Source of the DNA: Nemertoderma westbladi
Lineage: Eukaryota; Animalia; Xenacoelomorpha
DNA length: 61,951 nucleotides
NCBI GenBank assembly: GCA_032718475.1
Contig: JAUCBJ010004332.1
Location: forward strand, 1 to 61,951
Direction of reading: 5' to 3'
Positions 12,439 to 27,100 of this stretch are shown in pieces. The position numbers and the translations under genes are program-made. The first letter of the stretch is position 1. Every line of letters starts with the position of its first letter. The notes under the pieces were generated by a model. That model searched no databases, was not told where the DNA came from, and worked only from the letters and a program-made list of their open reading frames with translations.

Positions 12439-15400
12439 TCACGTTGGGGAGCCCCTAGATGTTTGAGGAATTAGGGAGGTGGTCGTGGGAAGAGTATCTT
12501 GCTTTCCATAGTTTCCGGAGAGTTCTCGGTCTCTTTCCAGTAAACATAAACGACAAACTGGGCGATTGAGCTGCTGCGTCTCAAAGACAATTCCTGGTTT
12601 TTTAAAGTTACGTCGCATGACGACAAGTTCTACCGATCGCACTAAACCATCATCTGACAGATGGGTCTTGATGATACGACCTGTCTGCCACCTCTTTCGT
12701 GGAAGATCTGAGTCCACAATAAGGACCATGTCTCCGGCGCTGACGTTTTCGTGCTGCGCAAGCCACTTAGTTCGCAGTTGTAGCATAGGCAGATAATGTT
12801 TTTCAAAATGGTCAGCAAAACGACGGGATAACAACTGCATAAGTTGCCAAGTTTGCTAGCAGTATTTGTCTCCGTCCGTGATTTCCGATCGTGGGAGCAT
12901 GGCTACAGGTTTCTCCAGTAGGAAGTGCGCGGGTGTTAGCGCTTCCAGGGAATCGGGACTCGATGAGACTGGCATGAGCGGTCTCTTGTTGAGATAGGTG
13001 GCAATTCCCTCCATTAACGTCCGCAAAAGTTTGTCGGTGAGATATGCGCGGCACGGCACTATAAAGTGAAATGCGGTCTTCACGCTCCTGATTAATCTCT
13101 CCCAACTTCCTCCCCACCAAGGGGCGTCGGCGGCGTTGAAGGTCCAGCTAGACGCTGTTACCCTTAGCTGATCGTCCACCTGTCTTTGGTTCCAATCTTT
13201 GACGTAAGCCTTGATTTCATTGTTGGGACCAATGAAGTTTGTTCCCTTATCAGATCTCATCGTATTACTAGTTCCAAAGCAAGCGATCTGTCGGCGTAAG
13301 CTCAGTATGAAGCTGTTGGTAGATAGATTGTTCACCATATTGATATGGATAGCTCTACAAGTCATACAGACAAAGATGACACACCATCTCTTGACTATAG
13401 TCCTAGCACGATATACTTCAATAGGACCAAATAAATCCACACCGGTATTAGTAAAGGGTGGTTCATAGAAGCTTACTCGTTCCCTAGGTAATTCTGCCTC
13501 TCGCTGTGTTAAAGGCCTACTGAATGCTTTCCTACAGGGTATGCAGTTCCTAAGAACTTGGTTCAGAGCTCTACGGGGTTTATGAAAATAATAGCGAGTT
13601 CGAATTTCGCTAAGAACTCGTTCTCTACCAGCATGATAAAGCTTACTGTGAACATCTACAATCATCTTGATTTGTATTTCAAGATTTCTAATGAGTATGG
13701 GAAACTTAGTGTCAAAGGATAATGGAGCATTAGTTAGTCTTCCTCCAACGCGTATTAACCCATCTATCATTGTGCTAGAGAAACGATCCCTTAAGCGCAT
13801 CTGTGGATTTCTCAACAACAGGAAATACTTATCGGAATCCTCATAGCATTGCAGGAGTCTCAGTATCTGCTTATTGGTTTCTTCATGCTCCTGGTAACTG
13901 ATCTTCTCCTTCAGAAACCTGTCGGATATCTTGTATTTGGGAAGATCTTTAACAACATGGACCTGCGCAGATGTCAGTGGAGCGGTATCACTAATGGTCT
14001 TCGTCCTGGAGTAGTGATGATGAAAACATCGCTTTAAATATGTAACAGCCTTACAGAGCCGATTCCAGAAACTATAGTGATGTATCGCTCTCTGCAGGAG
14101 AGGTGAGAGTCCTTGCGAGACGTCTGGTATTCCAGATTTCCAATCTTTCTCTCTGATTTCCACAACAGACTTATTTGTGGCTGGGGGTTTCGGATCCAAA
14201 GCGTTGTCTCCGGAAGTGTGTAGTACAGACAGATCTATCACGGGTTTAAATAATTTCGATTTACTCGCCCGAGTTTTAGGTTTGACTTTCTCTGCTCCCT
14301 TGGCTTGTCTAATCTCCGCCGTAGTAAGATGAGGAGGCCATTCATTCTCTTCTTTGCTTAGGAAGTCGGGTCCACCTAACCAGTCTGGAGTATCTATCAG
14401 TTCCTGTGGAGTTGCTCCCCTGGAGGCGATGTCGGCTGGATTAATCGACCCGGGGCAATGTCTCCATTGATCTATCTTCGTGCGACTAAGTATAATGGCT
14501 ACTCTGTTGGTAACAAAGACACTGAATTAACAGACTTCATTGGTTATATACTCCAACACGAGTAAAGCATCGGTCCAATAGACAATTTTCTCCAGTGAAT
14601 AGTCAATCTGTTCTGTTACATTCCGGCCGATGGCTGTAGCGTATAGAGCTGCCTTTAACTCCGCTCGAGGAACTTTCAACTTGTTGTTTATCAAGGCCTT
14701 AGAGGTAACCAAGGCGACCTTAATTCCATCCGGAGTTTCAACTCTCAGGTAGGCTACTATACCTATTGCCATATCGCTGGCGTCTCCAAACACATGGAGT
14801 TGATAGGAATACGTGGGGAGAAAATGACCAAAATAAGAACGGGAAATTATAAAGTTCTTGATGGATGGTAGAGAATCTTCCCATTTCATCCACTTCTTTA
14901 ATAGTTCTCCCTTAAGTGGATTGTCCCATGAGTGGTTTTCAAGCCACATTTGTTGTACTAAACTCCGAGCGATCAATATAACTGGGCTAATAAATCCCAA
15001 TGGATCGAAATAAGTGCTCAGGATACTTAGACAAATCCGTTTAGTCCGAACTGGATTATCTCGCTGTTTTAGCTGGAAAAACAGTATATCTCTCTCGGTG
15101 TCCCATTTCAAACCAAGCGTCTTGGTTTCTGGAAGATTGTCCCTGATTAGGTCTAGATCTTTAACTCCTCGGTCTTCTACCGGGATCGATTCCAGAAACT
15201 CACGGGAGTTGCTGGTAAATTTAGTTAATCGAAATTCACCTCTTTTTAAGCACTCTACCGTTCCTTTGGCGACATCAATGGCTTCTTCCACCGATGGGAG
15301 GGACTTTAAATTGTCATCCATTTATATATCCCGTTTGATGTTGTCAATAACCTCTTTGGAGAAGGCGTCCCGGTTGTCATCAGCAGTGGTACGCACTACT

Positions 15401-18400
15401 GCGCAGGCGTTTGAAGGGCTCGAGATGATCCCAAAAGCCTGGATGGTCATCCAGTACTCCACCGGTTTCTGGTTGAGGTCTCCGTCAGGCCACCACAGAA
15501 ATTGTAGGCTGTCTCAATCCCTATCCAGCGCCTTAACTTGTAAGAACATGCCTTCTATATCGGAGCCAAAAGCGATTGAATATTGTCGTAATCTTAAGAG
15601 TATTCCCAACAAGGATTGGAGTAAGTTGGGTCCTGGCAACAACTCGGAGTTAATTGATTGGCCTATGTAGAGGGCGGAGCCGTCAAATACTACCCGGACT
15701 TCGTTGGGTTTACCGGGTTTGGGAACGTAATGATGTGTTAAATAGTACGTTCTATCAGTTATGGGTGTTCCTTCCGGTACTCGCTCCGCATATCCCTTGT
15801 CAATGAATTTCTTCAGCTGGGTCTTGTACATCTCCTTAGCTGAAGCATTTGCCGTAAGGCGTCGATGTAGTTGCACAATTCTCTTCTCCGCCAAGGGTCG
15901 GTTGTTTATAAAATTGGGTTCTCGCCGTCGGAAAGGCAGACCAATCTCATACCTAACTTGATCTTAATGAAAACGTGTAGTTGTTTCCTGTATCTGCTTG
16001 GCTCTTTCTTCTTCTACCGATAGGGCCTTATTGTAGGAATTGGGCTCTACAGCCTCTTGAGTAAAGAATTGCACGGCGTGTTCATCACGAGACTTCGCGT
16101 TGTAGCGATCTATCACTTCATTCAGTTTGTCGTTGTATGCTGATCCCGCTGGATGAATGAGATGACATAGGTTCACTTGGTTTTGCCAAGTTTCATTTTC
16201 CGTAAGGAGGTCGATGGTATTCTCCTCATCAAAGAGTTGGTGGATATCGTCATTATCTGAGGAGTATGGTGTTCCCTCAGGTGGGTCGTCTCCCTCACTG
16301 GTCTCCTCATCCCATTCACTCACCTGGTAGACCCGTTCTTTGGGTAGCCTTTCCATGAGAGTTCTACGAGAAAGTCCAGTAAAGTACCAACCTACTCTAG
16401 TTCTTCCCGCATAGGTTTGTAGTGGTTGCAGTTGAGCAGGCTGTTTCTCCAATGTATCAAGCGCCTCATGCGCATTTTGGCCGATGAGTATTTGTACTCC
16501 AGGGTAGTCTGTGTTGAGTCTAGGTATCTTATGCTGCTGGGTGAAACAGTCCTCATCCCAGTTATAAGGTTCCACTTGGCTGGTAGCGAAGTTCTTTATC
16601 GCCACCAGTTTTACTGACCTTATACTGTGTTCTCCTAGTTCATCCTGGGGGGTGGACAACGCGCCTACATAGTAATCTGTAGTTACTGTAGATTTCCAAA
16701 CCTGCATAATTCCTGACATGTTCAACTTAGTTCGGAACTTGGGTTGTCCAGCAAAGATGTCTTCGGCTAGTTCTTTGTCGATGAATGTTCCTGTGCTGCC
16801 GGAGTCAAGGAGGGCGTTCACTATATAACTCTTTTTTGGCCCGTGGACTCTCAACTGCACTACGGGAAATTCTCGGATTCCTACGTTGGAAGTTGGTGTT
16901 TTCCAAGATGGTTGTCGGTCAGGAGTAGTGAGGGGGAGCTCACTATCGGTTTCCTTCTCATACGTAAGTGCTCGATACACTGCGGTATTTATTAGGTAAC
17001 AGGATTCGTTTTTGTCGGAGAATTCATCCGTATAGAATCCTTCCATCTCAGAACTTTGGTCAGTGTCGTTCACATCACTGAATTGGACATGTAGTTTGGA
17101 CTCACTTACCTGACTCGGGCTTTTTCTTTCGAATTCAGTGTGCAACAAGATATGATGTTTTGCGCCGCGCTTAGCACACCTTGCATCAGAGTAACAGGTT
17201 CTCCGTTGGTGTCCTTGTCTGAGGCAATTATAACACAACCGCTTATTCCACATGACTTCACGTCTATCTATTAGGGATTTCTTTAGGAATTCATCACACA
17301 CACTTAAACGGTGGGGCCCGTCGCACAGTACACATTTTGGTTTGATGTTACTTACCTTACTTTGAGTAACGTTGTGCACACTCGTTCTTTCCTCGGGCTT
17401 TCTTCCATGAATTATCTTAGGAGAAGTAGGAGGAGTTTTTCTTACCTGTTCTCTCCTGTCATTGGTTCGAGACTTAAATTTACTTACGTCTTTAGGCGCT
17501 TTATTGACATAGTAAGATCTTTCAGTGTCTTTCCCACTGTCCTCTTCTTGAGAAGCCTGGCTTTCGCCGTTGTCTGTATAACACACTTTCTCCTATAAAT
17601 GGGTTTCTCACTTACCTTATTTTCCGGTGTCTTCTCTCTGGACTGCTTTAGGAGCTGTAATTTTACCTCTCCATCTAAGAATGACATGAGATCAGCCATG
17701 GTAGGGTCTCTTCGTTGTTGTTCCATCATATATAAGACTTTCTTGTCCCAGCGTGTACCTACTCCACCCTTTGGTAAAGTAGAGGCCACGGCTCCAATAA
17801 CCATAGAACTCTGATATTCATGAGACTTACCTAGCCAATCTAATTGTCTACAGATCTCCTGAATCTCATCGGAAAGCTCTATAATCCCGCTGCTAATGAA
17901 CTTTCGGGGCGCTACCAATTTTGCATACAAATACCTAGCTATGTTATTCCTATTACCATACCTGATGTTTAGTGTATCCCAAACTTGTCTTAATCCATCT
18001 GGATGGATGTCCAATAAACTTTAACGCCATTAACTTGGGAGATCCTTCCAAGCACTCGATGAGGAATCTAAGTTTCTCTCCGTTAGATAGCACAGAGTTC
18101 TGTATGTTATCTTTGTAATATTCATTAAAAGGTAACCATTTCATTTCATCTCCATTGAACTTGACAATCTCTCCCACCTTTACCGCTTGACGGGCTTCGG
18201 TTCTAGCCATTTGACGCGTAAAACTTTCTTGGGCCATCGTGATTTTTAATATCGAGTTATCGGTATATAAATATCTCGGATTATGAGCAGGTCTATATGG
18301 AATATCATTGTCAACAGGTTTATAATTACCCTTAATAGGGTTTACTATAGGAGTTTCTACTTCACTAGCAGTATAGATGCGTGTAGGCTTCACACCTTGC

Positions 18401-20526
18401 GCATGAAATATTTCAGACCTAACAGGTTGACACATTGTTACAGGGTGTGTTGGTATACCCTTTTGTGTATTTACTAATCTATCGCGTTCTAACGCGATAC
18501 TCTGCTGCACTTCTTGCAACTCTAACCTACTTTCCCTTACTGTTCCTTTGAACTGTTGAACAGTCTCCTGCATCTGCCCAAGCAGGAGATCCATCCCCCG
18601 CCGTCCCTCATCCACCCACTCGAACGCTGAAGCGGGAGCCGCCAACATAGTAGCGGGTAGACGAGGGACAACGGGCGACAAATCATTGATATTTCGCTCG
18701 GAGTCCAGGACAGGAACTGTCTCAGGGGCGGTTCTGCTGGGCACAGGTAGTTTAGTGCTGTGCAAAGGGAATTTAGAGGTAGGTTCTGGGAGTACAGGTG
18801 TCTCTATCACCGAAGGGGTGGCTTCGAGAACAGGCCTAATTATTTCAGGTTCATCTACTATAGTAGGGAGTCTTTCTACCCTAATAATTTGGTCTGTGGG
18901 TTCTGTACTACCTAAGTCTGTGCTAGCTAGTTGTCTTCTAACAGCTGGGGGCAGATTAGGCAATTTCTGAAGGTGAGGCATTCTTCTACGTCTGTTGGAA
19001 CGAGATCTATTTCCTCCGCCTTCAGGATCGGTGGTATCGCCTTCCTCAGATGATGTAAACCCATGTCTTTTGGGAGTAGATCGACTTATCATCTGCATTT
19101 GACTAGCTGTTAACTGTTTATCTATGTAGTCTTGCTTCTCTTGCAGATTTTCCAACTCTAGTTGGGTGGTCTCTTCAGATGCTCTCCGTTCTGCTTCTGC
19201 CACTGCTATCTTTCTTTCTGCTTCTGCCGTTTTTCCTTACGCTTCTGCCGCTGCCTCTGCCGCTTTTGCCGCTGCCTCTGCCGCTTTTCTTTCCACTTCT
19301 GCTGCTTTTCTTTCCGCTTCTGCCGCTGCCACTGCCGCTGCTGCTGTCTTTCTGTCTTCTATACGTTTTTTCTTTACTTGTTCTTCTTGGACCCTAGCGA
19401 TGCGGAGGCGTTCATCAAATTTAGCTTGGTTTGCAGCTAACATTTCCGCATCTATTGCGTCCAGCACAAACTTGGCTCCTTCACTATTAGGGCAAAGTCC
19501 AGCCAGCCGTCTCCTCAACTCTTCGTCTCCTATAAATCGTTGATAGTCTGACAGATAGATGTCAATAGCATCCTTCTTATGCGGTTTCTCTGCCGTCGCT
19601 TCACTTTCCACTTGGGAAAAAGTAGCGTCTGTTGATTCTCCATGGGTTGAGCGCTCCTCCAGCTGAGTTTTCCACTGAGCCGTTCCTTGAACTTGGAGAC
19701 TCACCCGTTGAAACCAAGTCTTTACAGCAACTTGCAACAACGTGTCTTGTCTTCTTTTAGAAGCCTCTTCAAAGGCTGATAATATTAGCCTGATTCGCAG
19801 AATTCTTTCTCTAACTTGATAAAGCAGTTGTCCCTGCTCTTGAGGTCCTTGGGGTTGTTGAAACAGTTATTCCTCTAATCGATCCAAAGAGCTGAAGAAT
19901 CCCTGTACATATCCTGCTGCCGACCTCTTCCACACAGCTGGATCACTAGTGTCTTTTGTCACTCCCATCCTGTGTAAGTCCTCCCAGGCAGCTTCCGATA
20001 AGTTCAACGGGAGTCCGGGTCTGGGGAAGTTCCATTGCGTCTTGACAATAGACTTCAGTTCCTCCCTTGTGTATCCCGCATAACTGTCCTTGGTCGATTG
20101 CTTACTTCTCGCCCAATCGATTTGTTGTTCCTCCACCGCAATCAATACCCTAGTGAGTACAGCTGCAGGAAGAATGAGAAGGGAATCTGTATAAACCGCA
20201 TCTGCCATCTTTGCTCCACGCTCGGGTGTCAGCTCTACAGTATCCGAACTACTGGAGCTGTCGGGCCGCTGAGAAATAAGTTCTCGGCTTGGGTGTTGCT
20301 GCTGTTTGACAGCTGCTTCTTGATCCTGCTTGACTTGAGCCCGAGTACCTATGATAGACCTACGGTGTTGGACTAGCCTAGGGTTTGATACTACTACTGG
20401 AGGGATGACCTTTCTTACAGTAGGAGGTAAGATGAACTTTGGTCTCAAATGCTCCACAGTCCTATCTGGGTCACAGATGGTTGTATCTAGTAGACTGTCT
20501 GACAGGTTTTGCTTTGTGTCAGACAT
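12439..20526 (-). pseudogene. Element A gag-pol polyprotein (disrupted)
   Basis: Coiled coil; DUF1759-like KFNGDEMKW..EKLRFL; three BEL knuckles CVLCDGPH..C / CYNCLRQGH..C / C..HHILLH; protease LLDSGS; RT DIEGMF and YMDD; RNase H LHVFGDAS; integrase H..H..CIPC, DLFGP, SDKGTNF, WERL; C-terminal DUF5641-like region. Multiple stops and frameshifts. Confidence 0.93.
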
Positions 20527-20935
20527 GTTTGTTTGTACAGTTGAATGCCTACTGCTATAATTACAGTTAAAGCAAGTTTAGTAATTCAGTATCACTGTTA
20601 GCCTAGTAATTAATTACCGATATCGTTACTCTATGCAACGTGATATATATACAATATATCAGAATACCGGTATACACTTATAGTATATAAGTATTATTAC
20701 AGATCGAATATTAGGGTTCATCACAGAATACCGGTATATAATTTCAGCGCAAATATAAAGATATATAATAAGCCTAACGTGAATACCGGTATACAGCTTG
20801 ATGAATTATTTCACTATAAGATAGCATTTGTAGTTTAACTTTAACGTAAAACTTTCGAAAATCCGACGCATTTTCATTAAGTTACAGTAATGTAATATGC
20901 CTATTCATATTTGTATACATAAAACCCCTTGTTAC

Positions 20936-21010
20936 TCTCGTAGCGTAGTGGTCAGATGGTTAAGGCGTTGGTTGCATTACATAGGTTACGAGTTCGAATC
21001 TTGGTCGGGA
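20936..21010 (+). promoter_or_regulatory. tRNA-derived segment with Pol III A and B boxes inside LTR B (second copy about 39344-39418)
   Basis: A box TAGCGTAGTGG (20941-20951), then GGTTAAGGCG, then B box GAGTTCGAATC (20990-21000). No clean cloverleaf. Confidence 0.55.
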
Positions 21011-21057
21011 AATTTGCATTGTGGGGCAATTTATTTTCATTTGGTACAAATTGGTAA

Positions 21058-21198
21058 GCCAATGAGGTGCGTACAACGTATCGAACGATGAGTTAGGCCA
21101 ATCATAGGGCATGGAATATCTTATTGCTCCAATGTGAGGCCATGAAATACTCTAGAAGGTTCTAGTGAATTCTATGTCCCAGATTTAGTATATAAAGG
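21058..21198 (+). promoter_or_regulatory. Putative Pol II promoter of LTR B
   Basis: Three CCAAT motifs (about 21059, 21098, 21129) upstream of TATATAAA (about 21189). Confidence 0.5.
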
Positions 21199-24100
21199 GC
21201 TGGTTTGCCTTCGGTTATCACTTGTAAACCTAGTTATCTTCTGGTCTTGACACAATTGTACTCATTAGTTATCACTTCTTGTTGTCATTTCTTAACTTGT
21301 TTCTTGTTGAAACTATGTTAAATCTGTTTGATTATTCTTTTGCTAAACTGTAAATACACTGCAAACTTCTGAACATGTTTTTCTTTGGTCCAACTTTGGG
21401 ACAGCCAAACAACGGGAAGATGACCGCCTAGACCGTTAGGCTGTCGGCAACGCAGGAAAAAGATGTCCTCAACACGCTAGCGCACACATTAGATTAGACC
21501 GCGCACCCCCTTTGCCCTTCGAAATACTCCACTTGCCATGCAGCGCCCGCTTTATGAGGAAGGTAAGACTTTGTTTGACGCCCTTGCCCGCCGTAAGACC
21601 TATAGATCAGGGTAAGCGTGACGCCGTCCTGGGATGCCGCAAAATTTAGGATCAAGTAATTATATTTAGGCAGAACCCCTTTTGTCAATCCTGCAAACCC
21701 CCGGGTTACCTGTATACCTCACAGGTAATGTGAGCTATTGCCGTTCATCAGTACGCAAGTACATAATAGGAACAGAGAGCATACGTTCCATAATTTAGTG
21801 ATTTGTAGTACTGACTGTTTGGTACCGGTTCGCTTTGTAGAACATACATTAGTACCTCACCTCGCCTGAAGTTAGTTATTTGATCAGGCAAGGAGTATTT
21901 CTGCTACCGGCACACCGCTTGGCCTAGGGAGGTTTTATTAATATCCTACCGCGCCTTGCCATGTACTGATAGGTATCTGCTGCTAACTACCGCAGCAACA
22001 AAGTTCTAGAATCAAATTCGTATACCAGATCAGCTAACGTACGGTAGCAATTAACCCCTATTTCTTACCTTACAACCAGAATCTGGTATTTGTGCCGATC
22101 ACGAGTGTAGTTACTAACACCGTGGTTGCCCAGTGAGTTGTGGATAGGAAGGAGAGAGCTTTGACGTCATTTGTAAGTATAAAGTTCTACAAAACGCAAC
22201 TAGTTTATTTTAGTAGCTAGCGCACGGTATTATTTCGGTCAGAAAATTACTAAAACCTAGTAAAATGGTATACACCAAAATTGTTTTATTGTAACACACC
22301 CACACACACACGCCCTAAAACATATTTCCTCTTAGAGTTTCTACTAGTTATAGCGCACTTTAGATTACCTTTAGGCAGAATTTATCTGTATTTGTAAGAT
22401 TAGGATCTGATATTTAGTTACGGCAAGAAAGGGAGTATTTCATTTTGTTATTAAACTGTTGTTTTCTGCGCAGCAGTTATTGTTACATTAGGCCTGACCT
22501 TTTAGACTGATTTTGTGCAGGGAGATCAGTTATTGTTACATTTAGGCACGACCTCTTTTTAGGCTGATTCAGACAGGGGGATCAGTATTGTTACGCTAGG
22601 GCCGTAACCCACCTAGCTCGTATATAAACCATATAAATCACACCACGGCAAGTTAATGTATTTAGGACTGTCAGCGATAGTTAGGATTCGCTGCGCGGGG
22701 ATTGTTTTCCCGTGAGTTTGGTCTGTTACTGTAACTGTACATCTGCCATACCGGTTAGAGGACAGGTATCCTTTTGTCTAGTTTGTAGGCATTAGACCTG
22801 CTCACATACATAGAATAGACACCAGGCTCTGCTCCTCGCCAGTAGTAGTTTGTGTATTGTATCTGTTTGTTTAGATATCCTGGACTGGGATTTGTTGTCA
22901 GATACTGTACGAGCCTGTTTCATTACTAGAGTCTCATAGTAAGATACATCGTTACTAGGATCTGGTAAGCGGTATACTACTGGACTTTATGGATAGAGAT
23001 ATTCTATATCTTCATATTAGTAGATTGTAGGCTGTAGGGTAGTCCCTACCGTAGAGGACACAACAGTGAGGTATATTTATTACTAAATTTGCAAGTTGCA
23101 ATTTGCAAACGGTAAATATATCCCGTAAGTCTACCTAGTAAGATATAGTAAAATATACCTTACAACAGTGAGGTATATTTATTCTTACAAAGTAGGAAAT
23201 ATATATCCCAACAGTGAGGTCTCTCACATACTGTTAGCTATTGTAAGTAGGAGATATTTAAAAATTTAAGGTTTGTAAATTTAGTAATTTGTAGAATGCC
23301 CCCTGCTTCAGTAGGCTTTTAGGGTAGCTAGTAGTTTCGTATTTAATATTTGACTAGCTAATAGTTAGTTTGTAGCAATTTGTTTTACGCCGTGTGTGTG
23401 CGGTGTTACTTTCGGTACTTGAAAAGGTACATAGGGTTTAAAGACCAAGTTGTATCGGTACCTAGGAAGATTTTTTGTAGAGTAGAAGTAAAACTCTCAC
23501 CTTCGACTTTTCAGGACTCAAGGACTCATTTCTGGACCGCTTCGAGGATTAGACCGCTTTTCGCAAAATTTGGGAGACAAAAAATTCGTCCGCGCCGCCG
23601 AAAAACGGAACGACCCACGTCCGGTTTGTATTTGGGAATTTGTACGACTGGAAGATCAAAGGAGCGTAAGTTTTATGACTCGTGTCGTTCAAACTTAGAA
23701 GGCACAGTAGTACTCAAAATTTGTGGGTTTCACTGTCTATTAGTAGTAGTTTTGTTGGTACTTATTTTCCCGTTAGACGTTGCTGTTTTGCCTATTTATT
23801 TGTACTTGTTGATCTACATTTTGGTAACGTATACCATTATCTCATGCATTCGTACAAATTTAGCCGGTAGGCTAGATTATTACTTATTTTATTATATACT
23901 TTGTTTAGTTTTATTTGTACTGGTTAGGTTATATATATGATATATATATATATCAAGGTAAGTTTGACATTTAGACATTTCGACATTTTGACATTTTGAC
24001 ATTCTGACTTTGTTGATTTATTTGTACCGGTTAGGGTATATGTGCTATATATATACCAAGGTAAGTTTGACATTTCAACATTCAGACACTTTGACATTTT

Positions 24101-27100
24101 ATTACCCGTACTTGACGTATATAATAAGACATGAGTGACACACCACATTCGACGAGATACCCCCCTACCGACTATGACTCGTGCGACCCGGACAGATTGA
24201 CAGTAGACGAATCGAGAAGGAGAACCCGAGATTCTACCGATGTCACACCGTGTGCGTCGCCGGTAGCCCGAACGGAAATACCAGAAGCCGCAACGCGTGG
24301 TGACGGCAGAATCAAAGATTTCCTTACAGTCCCGCAGACCAGATCGCGGGAACCGGACATGGTAAGTTCGACTGGAAGCCAGGAGAACGTTATTAGGAGT
24401 ATAGGAGGACACATGGCCCAAATTACTCGAAACTTCGGAGAAGGTTTTTGCGTTTTACGCAAGTTAACCGCCCCGATGTCGAGATACGAGTTCAACACCT
24501 TACAGGTAAAGATAGAAAGTAGGGTACATGCCTCCATAGATAAACTGAAAGGTTTACACAAACTTGCAGAGTTGCGTGGCGACAACTTTACTCAGGTAAA
24601 GATAATAGATAAGTTGGTAAGTGCGAGAGAAAGCCTTATCCAGTTTAAGTCAGTAATAAGATTGGCTCAACAGGAGCAGTTTGATCAACTGCTAGGTGAG
24701 TCAGTTTCGGACGCGTTGTTACAACCCGAAGAGGAAGAAGAACTATACTGCCTGGACGGGAGGTTAGCGACGCTCACCAATTTTCTTCGTAGATGCGGCG
24801 TACCGATCGGAAAACCGGAAGTTGTACCGAGAGGGACGACGGAAGTTCTCACTACGGAAGGCTTGCAAGCCTACCAGCATCCACCACTGGATAGATCATT
24901 CATTAGTGTACGGAGCGACGTTGGCGACGTTAGTAGGACAGCGTCTGTAATTACTCAACAACAACAAGAGGTTGCACGCTGACAACAAGTCGCTGAGGAA
25001 GAAACGCAACAACAATTGGCGCAGATTGCAATGGAAGGAGAAAGACAGCGTAGAGAAGACGAGGCGAGAATTGCGCAACTCAAGGTGCAAGCCGAGTTCA
25101 AAGCATCAGAAATGCGGAGACTGGAGGATGACTTAGCGCGAGAAGCGGCGGCGGCAGCTGACGAGTTAGCACGGAAGAAAGCAGCATCCGACGCACGTGC
25201 TCAGTTGGAGGCACGACAAATGAAGTCACGATTAGCCATTCAGGAAGCGGAGTTAGCAGCACAACAACAAGTAGCGGATCGACGCAAAAGGGAGATGCAA
25301 TTACAGTTCAAATTTAATTGTAGATCGCGCAAGGCAGCAGACGCGCAAGCGGACCTTGAACTCGACGCAAGAGATAAATCTATAAGATCGCAAGCTGGAC
25401 ACGACTTGTCTACCCTGGATCGCATGGAAGCTCAATATTGCGGAATTCAGAAGCGAATCGAGGAAGGAAGTGTGGGAGCGATAGAACAAGGAGAGGAGTT
25501 TGTCGAGGATTACTGCAAACGTTTTCCCCAAGTTATTCCTATGCTCAAACCCACGACTCCGATAAAACCGGTCTTTGTTACGAAACCTAAGGAAATAACA
25601 CCTGTGCACTCGACGCAAGTTAGCAGGTTTGTTGTGACGGAAATACTGCAACCTAGGGCAACTTCATCACCAATTTTAGCACATAATGTATCCAGTCCAC
25701 CTACAGTAAGTCGTAGTCTACTTGTAGGAAGGGAGGAACCTGCGTTTATGTCAATTAAACAGGTAAGTAAGCCATTAGCAGTTAAACCTGTGACGTGCTG
25801 TGCGAACCCAGTTATTTATAGACCAACTACGAAACCCGACTACTTTACTAGACCGTTGACACAATGTTTGACGCAACCTACGACTTCGTGGAAGGCTTGC
25901 GAGCCTACCGAACAACGGAGGAGGACGGATGTGGGTAGTACCCACAGGATCAAACAATGTTTAACGAGACCTACGACTTTGTGGAAGGCTTGTGAGCCTA
26001 CCGAACAACGGAGGACCATAGATTCTGGACCTCGAAAAACGAGACAAAGAATAATACGCCAGACGCAAACTCGCCAACCACCTTATCTGGACAATAGCGA
26101 CTCATCTAGCAACTCGGAGTCGACGGAACGGGAAATATTCCGTACTGGAGCGGCAGCGGCAGCGGATTACAAATGGGAGGAACAATTGACAAACCCCTAT
26201 ATCGACAATCCTCCACGAGAAACACCCCAACAGAAACCCACGTTGCAACCAGTGGAAACGATCAGCGCCAAACAGTTCACCTAGATGACGGACCAACTAG
26301 CTCAACTCGAAAAACGAATTAAAGCGCAACCGGAGTTGGAACAATCTAGACAACATCGACTACCGAGGCGAGACAGGAGACTAGACGGACTCCGACCCAT
26401 CGAGAAGAAGATCCCGTTAATAATTCCTACCGACAAACAACGTGCGGAAGGGAGCGACTGGACAACGCCACCGAACAGGGACGCAGACAGTTGGGTTTCG
26501 TTAGCGAGATTGCGAAATTTGCGGCTAGACACTGATTACCGGCACAGCAACCGCCAAAGTTGTCTGGCAATGCAAAACACTGGCGCACATTGGTAGACTA
26601 CGTAGAGTCCCAGATCGCTAAGTGTGCTTTCACCTCAACGGAGAAGTTTAATTACTTGCTCCTAGTCCTGTCTGGTGAGCCAAAACAATTAGCGGAAACC
26701 TTTATTGGTGTTCCCGATGCCTTTGAGTTGACGTACGACCGTTTGTATTCGATTTACGGCGGTAACGTCGCCATGGCTAAATCCATTATAGAAGACCTCT
26801 GTATAGGAGGTAGCATTTCGAAACCGATCGATCTTCTACAACTTGCGGACGAAATCAAGAACGCTATAGGGACTTTACGGTCCATTTGACAACTCAAATA
26901 CGCTAATGCACCAACAGTTCTCATTCGAATAATCGGTTGACTTCATCATCGACTACGACAAGAATGGCGACACATTGAGTACCAGCGTGAAGAGGCCGGC
27001 GGGCTATTAAAACTCACCGACGTCTATCAACTGATTTTGCGGGAGGCCGATATCGAGACTCGATCGAATTATACTGATCATCATATCGCGGCAGAAGGGA

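Larger units (their letters stand above)
20799..23065 (+). repeat. 5' LTR of element B (2267 bp)
   Basis: Matches 39207-40876 plus 47446-48030. Confidence 0.93.

Noticed and set aside
20936-21010. Functional tRNA gene
   Set aside because: A and B boxes are present, but I could not build an acceptor stem or anticodon arm.
23531-23552. TGGACCGCTTCGAGG as a tRNA-Tyr-like PBS of element B
   Set aside because: Poor match and about 470 bp away from the LTR end.
23380-23940. 186-aa hydrophobic ORF and other short ORFs in LTRs or antisense to gag-pol
   Set aside because: Low-complexity T-rich or shadow frames, mostly with non-ATG starts and no recognisable motifs.
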